From Candidatus Bathyarchaeia archaeon (GTDB lineage Archaea > Thermoproteota > Bathyarchaeia > 40CM-2-53-6), in NCBI GenBank assembly GCA_049517415.1, contig JBEKSC010000017.1, positions 1 to 61,493 of the forward strand: a stretch of DNA of 61,493 nucleotides. The letters are read 5' to 3'. Below the pieces are notes generated by a model. It ran no database searches. It was not told where the DNA came from and saw nothing but the letters and a program-made list of their open reading frames with translations. A program made the position numbers and the translations under genes. Shown here piece by piece: positions 19,600 through 29,044 of the stretch (position 1 is the stretch's first letter; each line of letters starts with the position of its first letter).

Positions 19600-20378
19600 G
19601 ATCCCTCGCCTCCACTCCGGTTTACGAGGTTTTCAAGCCCGTACAAGAGCCTAGGCGTATCGGTTCGGTCAACGCCTAGGCTAATCACAAATGCTCGCAC
19701 AAACTCGATTATGGTCTGTGTTTCACGATGTGACACGAACTGTTGCCTTATTCTTTCAAAGGCTCTGTTTACCTCGAGCACCTGTTTTGGGTAGAGGATG
19801 GCGTTTCTGGCGAGGGGAACCTGAACTTGTTGAGGTTGCGTGTCAGTCGGCGCTGCGACTGCGACTACTTTGTTCGGTCTCGCTACTAACCAACCTAGAG
19901 AGTGAAATCGCCTCGTTAATGCACTGTCTATGCTTTGCCCTGCCTGTGGCCCCGTTAAGAGTAGAGTCAACCAGCACGCTGCGAATACAATGTCAGAGCC
20001 GAAATAGAATGGGAACGCATTCCACGTCGCAGACAGAAAAAATGTGAAGTTGAGCAACAACCCGGCGAACGCGGCAATTCTGAAGAGAAAGCCAACCAAG
20101 GTGGCGATTCCTATTAGGATCTCCCCAACTCCAACCATGTACCCAAAAGTGATAGCATTCGGTTGCACGACGCCGAGTAGGAAATCATGAATTGGAGAAC
20201 CAATTGCATATTGCGAAATCAAATGACCGATGTAACCTGACTTGGACGGGTCGAAGTAAGATGGGTCAGTCAAATGTTGCAGTCCTGCGTACAGGAACGT
20301 TGCCCCCATGAAGATCCGTAATGGCCAAAGCGAGCTTGTAGTGGAGTTCAGTCGCATGTCGGGCGCTGTTGCTTCCAT
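19596..20378 (-). CDS. DoxD/DoxX-family membrane protein (TQO small subunit-like)
   Basis: LRIFMGATFLYAGLQHL, GEILIGIATLVG, W...PFYFGSDI; ATGA overlap with the Rieske gene; start uncertain. Confidence 0.85.
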   Translation of the reverse strand: MEATAPDMRLNSTTSSLWPLRIFMGATFLYAGLQHLTDPSYFDPSKSGYIGHLISQYAIGSPIHDFLLGVVQPNAITFGYMVGVGEILIGIATLVGFLFRIAAFAGLLLNFTFFLSATWNAFPFYFGSDIVFAACWLTLLLTGPQAGQSIDSALTRRFHSLGWLVARPNKVVAVAAPTDTQPQQVQVPLARNAILYPKQVLEVNRAFERIRQQFVSHRETQTIIEFVRAFVISLGVDRTDTPRLLYGLENLVNRSGGEGS

Positions 20379-20569
20379 TGAAAGTTCACAAGTGTGCAAG
20401 CTATGCAAAATCGCATTTAGGAAGCGTGGTACAAATCTCAAAACGTAGCTCTTTGAATCATCATGAAGACGCGCCCGGTTTTCTTGGGGAAAAGGATTTG
20501 TTGCAGGCTCAACGTTTCATGGTTGTACCATAAGCCTCATTATCCATAAGGCATGCAAAGTGAGAACGA

Positions 20570-21199
20570 ATGGTCGGAACTCATGATGCTGAGAAGTGTC
20601 AGCATTATGAACGATCACGGGTAAGTGACGGACTTGTGGACACCAACAATGAAGATTATCACGAACCCAAACGCGATCAGATCCTTGCATTCATTAAGGC
20701 TCATCCTGGGTCGCACCTACGCCAAATACAAAGGGAATTGAGCCTAGCGATGGGCGTGATGCAATACCACCTATATGCTCTCGAGAAGGAGCGAAGGATA
20801 GCTTCCCGCAGAAGAGGATTATACAAGCGATTTTACCCCGTCCTCCAGTTTGCTGGCGGACAGCTGGATATCTTAGACGTATTGTCGCAGGAAACTGAAA
20901 GAGATATTCTCCTCTTCCTCATTCAGAAACCGGAAGCAACGCAGAAGGAGCTCTCTGAATACATGGACATCTCGCCGGCATCGGTTAACTGGCATATCAG
21001 GAGGTTGTCCGACTCTGGACTTGTAGATTCTAGGCGCGAGGGTACTAATGTGAGATATTCGGTTCGAGGAGGTTATGGTGAGATACTTGCTCTTCTTAGG
21101 AGTTATCATCCAATGGTTTGGGAGAGATGGGCCGACAGGCTGGCTGATGCTATCTTGGAGATATCAGATTCGGAAAGGAGAGGTACGGTGAGGGGTTAG
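20570..21199 (+). CDS. Double winged-HTH (ArsR-like) transcriptional regulator
   Basis: HPGSHLRQIQREL...QYHL..LE and ATQKELSE...SVNWHIRRL..SGLV. Confidence 0.88.
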   Translation: MVGTHDAEKCQHYERSRVSDGLVDTNNEDYHEPKRDQILAFIKAHPGSHLRQIQRELSLAMGVMQYHLYALEKERRIASRRRGLYKRFYPVLQFAGGQLDILDVLSQETERDILLFLIQKPEATQKELSEYMDISPASVNWHIRRLSDSGLVDSRREGTNVRYSVRGGYGEILALLRSYHPMVWERWADRLADAILEISDSERRGTVRG

Positions 21200-21203
21200 A
21201 AAC

Positions 21204-21560
21204 ATGTTTAGTCATTACTTGCTCTCTTTGGTCATTCAGGTTGGTCAGTTCGAGAGAGCGGAGAGAGAAACCGCTGAGGCCTTGGGAGTCGCTTCAGGCA
21301 TTTTCGCTTTGTTACTATTCTCGCTCTCGATGTACGCTTGGTCTAGGCGAAGGCAGCCCGCATTAGCAATCGTATCCATCGCCTTCTTGCTCTTCTTTCT
21401 CCGACAAATAGTTCAAGTCCTCGCTGAAATGTACGAATTTGACTCAGCTGTAGCGCTACCCTTGGCCTTCGTAGACTTCATAATTCTCGCGCTCTTCTTC
21501 GTTGCGATCGTCATTAGACCGAAGAGAAAGCAACTGGAAGTAGATACAAGTGGCACTTAA
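21204..21560 (+). CDS. Small 3-TM membrane protein coupled to the wHTH regulator
   Basis: Hydrophobic helices, AWSRRRQPAL; 4 nt after the regulator. Confidence 0.75.
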   Translation: MFSHYLLSLVIQVGQFERAERETAEALGVASGIFALLLFSLSMYAWSRRRQPALAIVSIAFLLFFLRQIVQVLAEMYEFDSAVALPLAFVDFIILALFFVAIVIRPKRKQLEVDTSGT

Positions 21561-21637
21561 TTGAACCTAGTTGCGCTAAAGACCAGATTTAAGGGCAGAA
21601 AGGGCGCGGCGTGTCAAACTTCCATTGTTGTTGTAGG

Positions 21638-22543
21638 TTAGACTTTCCGTAGGATCGCGAAATCAGAGTACTGGTATCTTCGGATCCTAGTTTGTCCCTC
21701 AACCCCTTCGACGTACTCACCTTTTCCTGCTTTGATGTCTTGGGTGGCCTGTAGGACTCTTTCAAGCGCGGCTTTCTGAACGTAAGTTTCGTTGTGGCTA
21801 GGCAGTAGCCTGTCGTAATGTGAGGAGAGAGCGATCATCCGCTCGTAGCTTTTGATGAAGGCGTCGAGATCGCTTCCTGGCAGGTGGATGTAGATAGCGG
21901 CTGGATAAAATGTGTCGCCCGTCCACAATAGCCTAGCATTTCTATCGAGGAGGCATATCGAGTCGGGCGTGTGCCCGGGAGCATAAACCACCTCCAACTT
22001 CCTGTTTCCCAAATCGATGAGGTCGCCATCCTTCAGCCACTGTGTCACCTTGAATGGTGGAATATGGTAATGCACAGGATCAAAATCCTCGGGTAGGGGT
22101 TTCCATAACATGCCGTCCGCGAGTAGACGTGACATCTCTGCCTTGCTGCAGCCGTTCTTGGCGGCTTGCCGGGCGATGGGGGCATCAAATATTGCGACGC
22201 TGTCGAACAGGTAGTTCTGCGCGATGTGGTCGTAGTGGCTATGCGTATTCACGACAATGATGGACAGGGGGGTGAATTCTTCGGCGAGTCTCTTCACGTT
22301 GCCTATTCCCAATCCAGTGTCGATCAGAACCGCGCGCTCCTTGCCAACCACGAGGTATGATATGACCTCCTCAAACTGGCCAGGCTCATAGAACACATAG
22401 ACGTCGGGGTTGATCTTGTAGACCTCGAACCACGGTTGGCTAGATTGAAGTCTCTGAAGTTCCGAGAAAGTCTTTCTGGGCAAGGCCTTCCACCAGTCCA
22501 TCGGTGCAACGATGGTTCCCTCGCCGATTCTCTTAGTGGACAT
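21638..22543 (-). CDS. MBL-fold metallo-hydrolase
   Basis: THSHYDH, PGHTPDS, TGD, PSH. Confidence 0.92.
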   Translation of the reverse strand: MSTKRIGEGTIVAPMDWWKALPRKTFSELQRLQSSQPWFEVYKINPDVYVFYEPGQFEEVISYLVVGKERAVLIDTGLGIGNVKRLAEEFTPLSIIVVNTHSHYDHIAQNYLFDSVAIFDAPIARQAAKNGCSKAEMSRLLADGMLWKPLPEDFDPVHYHIPPFKVTQWLKDGDLIDLGNRKLEVVYAPGHTPDSICLLDRNARLLWTGDTFYPAAIYIHLPGSDLDAFIKSYERMIALSSHYDRLLPSHNETYVQKAALERVLQATQDIKAGKGEYVEGVEGQTRIRRYQYSDFAILRKV

Positions 22544-22737
22544 CGATCGACACATCCCGACAAAGATTCAATTGGAAATATTATAATGGCTCCGACGTTA
22601 ATCCTAGAGCTCAATTTTTCGGCAGCCAGTTTAAGGCTTGCAGTCCCTTAATCACCGTCGAGATCTGGCAGAGCTAGGCTGGCGTCCACCGCATTTACCA
22701 CAGATTTTTGCGCCTTGGGGAAGTTTGGTTCCGCAGC

Positions 22738-24108
22738 TCACACAAAATCGCCTAAATCGCTTCGATGTGTTTCCAGCACTGGTTGTTGCGAAAGAGTTAC
22801 TCTCGTCGGTGCTACGTGGTTCTCTTGCGGAGAATTGCTCGATTGGTTATTTAATGATGTTCCGCGCCTGATCAGAAGAAATACTACTACTAGGAATAGT
22901 CCTGCTAAGATAGCGGTTATTCCGCTAAGCGTCGTAACGAGTGTCGTGTCCGTAGTTGTTGTGGTGCTTGTGAATGTCGATATCGCAGTAATCGCTTCGG
23001 GGGTTTCCGTAGAAGTTGTGAAACTTGTCTCAGTGTAGGCTGAGTACGCAGTGGCGGTCGTAGTGGCCGTCTGATATTGGTCCGGGTAACCGTAGTTTGG
23101 GTTACAGTTGTACTGATAATTGGGATAGTTCGGATAACAAGTCGGGTTGCAATTGTAATAGTTGGCGTAGCAATTATCGTAGTTGGTGTAGCAGTTATTA
23201 TAGTAACAATTCCCATTGCAATCGTTATTGTAGTAACAATCGCCATTGCAATTGGAGTAGCGACAGGTGTATTGTTGGCAGTTGTTTCCATAGTGATTGC
23301 ATGTTCGACTCCGAGGATCACTGGGATCATTGGACATGGTTGTTGTCGAGCTAGTGACACTAGTTGTCGTTACGGACGGTGTAGCAGGTTTTTCAACCGT
23401 CGTAGTGGCGGGAGTAGTTGTAGACTCCGATGACGCCATCGAAGACGTTAGAGAGGTTGAACTCGTCGAGAAGTCCCCGGAAGTAGATGCCGAAGATGTC
23501 GTGATCAATATCGATGATGTTGATGATGTCGCGGTGCTTGTGGAAAGCGTCATGACGGCCGAGGTAGACGTCACACTCGTTGACACCGCTCCTACAGGAG
23601 TCGTGGGCGTAGAGCTTGTTAAAGTAGTAGAATCTTCAGAAGTTGATGACGTCTCGGTGCTTGTGGAAGGCGTCATGACGACTGAGGTAGACGTCACACT
23701 CGTTGACACCACTTCTGCAGGCGTCATGGACGTAGAGCTTGTCGATGTAAGAGAATCTTCAGAAGTGCTCGACAAAGAAGTGACAAGTGATGTGTAGGAC
23801 GTCGTAGCAGTTGGCGTGGTTAAGGTCGTGAGCGCAGTCGAGGGTTCAAATGACGTGGCTGATGAACTTGGAGGCGTAATCGTCTGCGATTCAAGAACTG
23901 TGGATGCAACTGAGGTTGGTGTCGGCTCAGAGGTTGAGTCGGAAGTGAAGGCTGATGTTGAGGAGGGACTTGTTACGGTAGAGCTATCCATCTGCTGAAC
24001 TGCAATGGCCGACGCTGTGTACCCGCTCAAGATCAAGCCCATTACCGCCAACAGGATGACTCCGCCCAATACCAATCGCATTTTCATCGACACAAATAAC
24101 ACGCTCAC
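22738..24108 (-). CDS. Ser/Thr-rich membrane-anchored surface protein with a Cys/Tyr/Asn-rich domain
   Basis: Signal peptide, long S/T stalk, 12-Cys Y/N-rich segment, TM helix (LSGITAILAGLFLVVVFLLIRR) and short tail. Confidence 0.8.
   Translation of the reverse strand: MSVLFVSMKMRLVLGGVILLAVMGLILSGYTASAIAVQQMDSSTVTSPSSTSAFTSDSTSEPTPTSVASTVLESQTITPPSSSATSFEPSTALTTLTTPTATTSYTSLVTSLSSTSEDSLTSTSSTSMTPAEVVSTSVTSTSVVMTPSTSTETSSTSEDSTTLTSSTPTTPVGAVSTSVTSTSAVMTLSTSTATSSTSSILITTSSASTSGDFSTSSTSLTSSMASSESTTTPATTTVEKPATPSVTTTSVTSSTTTMSNDPSDPRSRTCNHYGNNCQQYTCRYSNCNGDCYYNNDCNGNCYYNNCYTNYDNCYANYYNCNPTCYPNYPNYQYNCNPNYGYPDQYQTATTTATAYSAYTETSFTTSTETPEAITAISTFTSTTTTTDTTLVTTLSGITAILAGLFLVVVFLLIRRGTSLNNQSSNSPQENHVAPTRVTLSQQPVLETHRSDLGDFV
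23520..23766 (-). repeat. 123-nt (41-aa) tandem duplication in the S/T-rich gene
   Basis: gaggtagacgtcacactcgttgacacc at 23561 and 23684; protein unit SSTSEDS...VSTSVTSTS.VMT.STST.T twice. Confidence 0.9.
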
Positions 24109-24278
24109 GTTATCACACCGCTGTCAATCTTACTTACCTAACTACATCAAGTAGTTGCGTATAACCTCAATGGATGATTCATCCTCTACCTTAATTACCG
24201 AACTCCGTAGCCTCGTAGGCATTGCCAGATGAGTCTGGCGGCAAGAATGGCGTTCTTGACGTCTGTTTGATCCTATAG

Positions 24279-24836
24279 TTATAGGAGACCGAAACCAGGC
24301 CTTGAAGCGGCAGCATGAATTACAGCTATGCAAAGTGCAACGATAGTTAGCAATAGATGAAGCCTGTTGAGTGTTTTGAAGGACTTATGACCGCGCCTAC
24401 TTTCGAGAAGGGTCCCTGACAATCCAAGAGCTAGGATGAAGAGAAAGGCCGCGGCGCCAATGAGGTAACCGATGAATCCTGATTCAAGTGGCGGGAATAG
24501 GATGATGCTATGAACGCCGGCAAAGACGGTTAAGAAGAGAGATAGCATCAGGTGTGTTTCCAACCAATCATGAAGCTCTAACTTTGCAAATGCCTTGGCG
24601 CCAGCTTCATGTTTACTCGCAGACCGCGTCGCACGGAAACTGATACCCAGCCATGGTTTCCAAAACCCCTGAACGATTAGGGCAGCGAAGATGAAGATCG
24701 CCGCGTACCCTAACGAATTCGCATACCTGTACTCTAACCTCACGAACGCTTCGCTCTGAACAAACATGACCGTAAAGATAACCGTCGACATCAGAGCAAA
24801 CACAATCAGCCAATGCTTCACCTGCATGAACTGCAT
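24279..24836 (-). CDS. Ferric-reductase-like transmembrane protein (putative di-heme b)
   Basis: Two TM His pairs about 13 residues apart: WLETH...GVH and NRLH...VIH. Confidence 0.65.
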   Translation of the reverse strand: MQFMQVKHWLIVFALMSTVIFTVMFVQSEAFVRLEYRYANSLGYAAIFIFAALIVQGFWKPWLGISFRATRSASKHEAGAKAFAKLELHDWLETHLMLSLFLTVFAGVHSIILFPPLESGFIGYLIGAAAFLFILALGLSGTLLESRRGHKSFKTLNRLHLLLTIVALCIAVIHAAASRPGFGLL

Positions 24837-24914
24837 CGACTCATTGAAAGTTTTCCTATGCGTTGTGTCCGTCGCGGTGAATTGCCTAACCGAGAAACAA
24901 ATTGTGTGAAAGCC

Positions 24915-25322
24915 TTACGCGTTCCGAGATCTCTTTTTCTTTTTCAGCCTAGACCCGATTTCTATCCAATTGCCATTCGGGTCTCTAACATAGGCTAGAA
25001 GCCATCTTCCTTCTTCAAAGGGCGGGATTGCCCCCTTATGCTTCTTTGATATCTTTCCGTACGTGGCGGACGCATCTTTTACTTCAAAGGCTAGATGGTC
25101 CAGCCCTGATCTGCCACCGTATCTGTATTTTCTTGGATACCAGTTAAGCTCTAGAACCTGCTTGGAACCTTTCGACATTAACCACGCGACTCGGCCGCCT
25201 GTCTCCTTGATTTTCGCTTTGAAAAGGAGACGCATCCCCAATGTTTTCCTATAAAAGTTGATGGACTTCTCAAGGTCAGCGACATGAATCCCGGTGTAAA
25301 TGAACTTCGCCGGCAAGGTCAC
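24915..25322 (-). CDS. VOC/glyoxalase family protein
   Basis: VADLEKSINFY, LELNW, DHLAF, DPNGNWIEI. Confidence 0.92.
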   Translation of the reverse strand: MTLPAKFIYTGIHVADLEKSINFYRKTLGMRLLFKAKIKETGGRVAWLMSKGSKQVLELNWYPRKYRYGGRSGLDHLAFEVKDASATYGKISKKHKGAIPPFEEGRWLLAYVRDPNGNWIEIGSRLKKKKRSRNA

Positions 25323-25417
25323 TATCTCCCAATCGTAGTGTATCTTCGACTAATAATGGGTACGTAGTGGGTTTTTTGATAACCTTATGCGTTCCACATC
25401 ACGGAGGGTGAGAGCAA

Positions 25418-25987
25418 TTATCCCTTCATCGTTGAGACTCTCTCCAGTGCGGCTGGTATCTCCTCCCACCGTTCAACTCTGAACATTCTCTGCATATCCT
25501 CAGCATCTCGGTTCCAAGGTTGTGTGTAAAGGATGCCACACCTGTCTAGACTGGAAGCAATTAGCGACATTAGCTCAGTAGAGTCGTCGATGAAAACGTC
25601 GTAGCTCAATGTCCCCTTTGCTTTCGTGCTCTCGGTCCGGACGAAGGCGTCATACGGGACTTCGTGTTCTTTCAGCCAATTCATTGCAGCCTGAACAGTA
25701 ACTTGACTACGCCCCGTAACAATATCGATGCGTCCGAATCTACGTATTCCCTCAACTGCCTCCCCGATATGATCCTCCACCGCTGGAATGTTTTCCCATT
25801 CGAACCAGGCTTCATCGAGGGTTCGAAAGAACTCGTCCTTTGGTATGCGGGCTATTTGCCAGGCGTTCCATCGAACAAAGGAGTTCACTGTGAATTGGGT
25901 TGAGTGATGTTGGTTTAGGATTTCGCAGAAGGTTACCATGGTATCCGCTAGGACGCCGTCCAAGTCGACTGCGATACGCAAAACCAA
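25418..25987 (-). CDS. HAD-family 5'(3')-deoxyribonucleotidase (NT5C-like)
   Basis: VDLDGVLAD, VTGR, FIDDS, PWN. Confidence 0.88.
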   Translation of the reverse strand: MVLRIAVDLDGVLADTMVTFCEILNQHHSTQFTVNSFVRWNAWQIARIPKDEFFRTLDEAWFEWENIPAVEDHIGEAVEGIRRFGRIDIVTGRSQVTVQAAMNWLKEHEVPYDAFVRTESTKAKGTLSYDVFIDDSTELMSLIASSLDRCGILYTQPWNRDAEDMQRMFRVERWEEIPAALERVSTMKG

Positions 25988-26020
25988 ATTGGACTTGCAC
26001 CTTCCACAGAACCTGCGGGT

Positions 26021-26170
26021 TCAGCTTGTTTTTCGTTTTCTCATTCTGCGAATGGCGTAGACGATGAGGTAGACTGTCGCCAAGGCGGCGGCGATCCGCA
26101 GAGACAGGAACACAGCGGCCAGTATGAGAATCAAGGCTACGATTATGCTAACCTTAGTTTCAGATTGCAA
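26021..26170 (-). CDS. 49-aa membrane microprotein (not in ORF track)
   Basis: MQSETKVSIIVALILILAAVFLSLRIAAALATVYLIVYAIRRMRKRKTS; TTG start after a G-rich SD-like tract; fills the gap between co-oriented genes. Confidence 0.65.
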   Translation of the reverse strand: MQSETKVSIIVALILILAAVFLSLRIAAALATVYLIVYAIRRMRKRKTS

Positions 26171-26195
26171 ACTCCAGCCCTCCCAGTGAAATTAC

Positions 26196-27602
26196 TCAAG
26201 GCATGGATTCCACTCTTATCATTTCTTCATGGACCTTCAAAAGGTAACCTTCCGCCGTCAACCCCCGTTTTTTCGCGAGCTTCCGAATTGCATTCTCAAC
26301 TCCTGTGCCGTGCTGAATTGCCTTCTTTCGGCGCCATACCATATCCTCGGGCAAACCTTCCTCTTTGGCTACGTTGCGAAGAACCCACTTCCTCGTAAGA
26401 TCATTGCCAACCCTGACTTTGAACTGGGAAGGGATTGCTAGCGAAAACTCGATCACGTCCAAATCGGCGAAGGCGGTGCGTAACTCAACACCAAACGGTG
26501 CTGTTGCTTGGTCGTCCCTCTCGTAGTTGACCTGAGCAGAGTCAAGAACACTTCGATACAGTTCTGCGACGAGGGCTCTGCGGCCCTTTCCATCCAACGT
26601 TCGAGCATACTTGTAATACCCACCATAGAGTTCGTCGCTACCTTGCCCGCAAAGCATAACTCTGCACCCTTTCTTCGCGGCAACCATCGCTGCCCAGTGA
26701 AGTGGCACCGCTACACTGACTTTCATCAGGTTCGGTTCTTCGATGAGCCAGACCACGCGCCTCACATACTCTTCAAGCGAATCAAAACCGAATGTCTCGA
26801 TGGTGATGGGGAGATCGAGTTCCTGTGCGAATTGCTCTACGGTGGAAAGTTCCTGTGAGCCGGGGAGGCCCACGCTCACAGCTTCCAGGTTACAATCTGC
26901 CTCCTTAGCGAGAAGTGCAGTCAAGGCGCTATCCAGCCCGCCGGAAAAAGCAACAGAAACCTTCTCAACTCCACCTGTTATTCTCCGAATGGATTTTCTT
27001 AGCAACACGGAAAGTCTTGCCGAAGCCTGGTTAATGGTCAGCTTCCTTGCCGCGGGCCGGGGAAGACGTGCGAGTCGAATCTCATTGAGCTTTCCTTCTG
27101 AAATTGAGTAAAGGCATCCGGGAATGGCCCTTTTGGTATCTTTCAAACCGATTTTCCAGAGGGCTTTTCTTTCTGAAGCAAAAGCCGTGATGTTTCGGCT
27201 CCTCGCATAGTACAAGGGTTTTAGCCCAATCAGGTCTCGGAGTGTGTACGTTTTTTTCTGTTCTTGATGTACGCAGGCGAACGCGCCTGGTTCCTTAAGG
27301 AGCGATCCTGCCGCCGTAATTAGCGACGGGCCTTTTGTTAGGCGTTCGTGGGCGAAACGAGCAGGTTCTGGGGTCTCGTAGAATGCTCCCTCCAACACGG
27401 TAGCAGTTCGGCCTGTTTCGCAGATGTGTTCTCTAGAAGCGTCTTGTGAGGCATATCCGACCAATAGATTGACGTTTCCGCCCTCTGGCATGTTAACGGT
27501 CCTTGAGTGAGTTCCCCTGTGGCTCTGAATGCGCAGCATGGCCTCAACAAGTGGTTCGGCATTTTCTGACCCAATGGTGAACGCGGCGGCAATTGCGCCC
27601 AA
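26196..27602 (-). CDS. Asparagine synthetase B-like protein lacking the N-terminal catalytic Cys
   Basis: RDLIGLKPLYY, AFASERKAL, AFSGGLDS, GQGSDELYGGY, RKKAIQHGTG; N-terminus MGAIAA. Confidence 0.88.
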   Translation of the reverse strand: MGAIAAAFTIGSENAEPLVEAMLRIQSHRGTHSRTVNMPEGGNVNLLVGYASQDASREHICETGRTATVLEGAFYETPEPARFAHERLTKGPSLITAAGSLLKEPGAFACVHQEQKKTYTLRDLIGLKPLYYARSRNITAFASERKALWKIGLKDTKRAIPGCLYSISEGKLNEIRLARLPRPAARKLTINQASARLSVLLRKSIRRITGGVEKVSVAFSGGLDSALTALLAKEADCNLEAVSVGLPGSQELSTVEQFAQELDLPITIETFGFDSLEEYVRRVVWLIEEPNLMKVSVAVPLHWAAMVAAKKGCRVMLCGQGSDELYGGYYKYARTLDGKGRRALVAELYRSVLDSAQVNYERDDQATAPFGVELRTAFADLDVIEFSLAIPSQFKVRVGNDLTRKWVLRNVAKEEGLPEDMVWRRKKAIQHGTGVENAIRKLAKKRGLTAEGYLLKVHEEMIRVESMP

Positions 27603-27673
27603 AGCTTGTCGTGTCGGTGTGCTCTGCTGGTTTTATATTAACTGCGAATGTTAGGTGGGCTTTGGCGTTGGAC

Positions 27674-29044
27674 TTGCCAATTTTGCCGATAGATTCCGGT
27701 CGGTATGGGTCACCGGAGATTCGGAGGGTGTTTGAAGATGAGACGCGGTTTCAAAAGATGCTTGATGTCGAAGCAGCTTTGGCTTGGGCAAGGGGGCAGG
27801 TTGGGGATATCCCCCGAGAGGCAGCTGAGGAAATTGAACGTCACGCAACGACTCGGCACGTCAAATTAGAGAGGATTCGCGAGATCGAAAAAACTGTCGA
27901 CCATGAGACCATGGCCCTCGTCGAAGCCCTTTCGGAGGTCTCGGGGAAGGGCGGAGCATTCGTGCACCTCGGTGCAACATCTTCGGACATTCTCGATTCC
28001 GGATTGGCGTTGCAGATGCGAGAGGGCTTGGACATAGTCGCAGCGAAACTGAACCAGCTTGAGGAAGCTCTCCTAGGTCTTTCGAAGAAGTATAGGGACA
28101 CGATGGGGATTGGCCGAACTCATGCTCAACATGCGTTGCCCATGACCTTGGGGCTCAAGTTCGCCGTCTGGTTACGCGAAGTCGGCAGGCACATCGAGCG
28201 CCTCAACCAGTGCAGGGAGCGAGTGCTTGTCGGGAAGTTGAGCGGCGCCGTCGGAACAATGGCTGGGTTTGGAAAGAACGCTCGCAAGATTCAGGAACTA
28301 GCTATGAAACACCTCGGGCTTCGAATTGCCGATGTCACTAGTCAGATCGTTCAGCGTGATAGGTACGCGGAATTGGTCTGCGTCTTTGCAATCATTGCTA
28401 GTTCCTTGGACAAGTTTGCGGTCGAAATCAGGAATTTGCAAAGGCCTGAGATTGATGAATTAGGTGAGCCATTTGATGTCGACAAACAGGTTGGAAGTTC
28501 CGCAATGCCCCAGAAAAGGAATCCTTGGAGAAGTGAAAATGTTTCCAGCCTCGCCAAGATAGAGCGAAGCCTTGTGGCGCCTGCGTTGGAGGGTATTGTG
28601 ACGTGGCACGAACGTGATCTATCGCAATCGGCTTCGGAGCGTTTTGTCATCCCGGAATCCTTCATATTGATTGATCACATGCTGAATTCGATGATTCGAA
28701 TTCTAGGGGGCTTGAGAGTTAATGAGAGGCGCATGTTAGAAAATTTGGAGAAATTCAAAGACCCGATGATGTCAGAGGCCATTATGATAGCGCTCGTAAG
28801 CAAGGGGATGCCGCGGCAAGAAGCTCATAAACTGCTGCAGCAACTAGTTTTCCACAGCCAAGAGAAGAGCAAACGGTTCAGTGAAGTCCTGGAGGGTGAT
28901 ACAAGAATAATGAAGTATTTGAAGAAGGATGATATCTACTTGGCTTTGAACCCGAAGTCATACTTGGGCTTGTCAAGCGAGCTTGTCGACGCGGCCGTTG
29001 AAAAAACGGTGACCGAACGTAAGGCACGAGGGCTCGCAACCTAA
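27674..29044 (+). CDS. purB: Adenylosuccinate lyase
   Basis: VHLGATSSDI, GRTHAQHA, GSSAMPQKRNP, WHERDL; start inferred at TTG 27674. Confidence 0.95.
   Translation: MPILPIDSGRYGSPEIRRVFEDETRFQKMLDVEAALAWARGQVGDIPREAAEEIERHATTRHVKLERIREIEKTVDHETMALVEALSEVSGKGGAFVHLGATSSDILDSGLALQMREGLDIVAAKLNQLEEALLGLSKKYRDTMGIGRTHAQHALPMTLGLKFAVWLREVGRHIERLNQCRERVLVGKLSGAVGTMAGFGKNARKIQELAMKHLGLRIADVTSQIVQRDRYAELVCVFAIIASSLDKFAVEIRNLQRPEIDELGEPFDVDKQVGSSAMPQKRNPWRSENVSSLAKIERSLVAPALEGIVTWHERDLSQSASERFVIPESFILIDHMLNSMIRILGGLRVNERRMLENLEKFKDPMMSEAIMIALVSKGMPRQEAHKLLQQLVFHSQEKSKRFSEVLEGDTRIMKYLKKDDIYLALNPKSYLGLSSELVDAAVEKTVTERKARGLAT

Noticed and set aside
22917..23998. Val-rich and Ile/Thr-rich ORFs overlapping the S/T-rich gene
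   Set aside because: Shadow frames of low-complexity coding sequence; only the 456-aa frame has signal and anchor architecture
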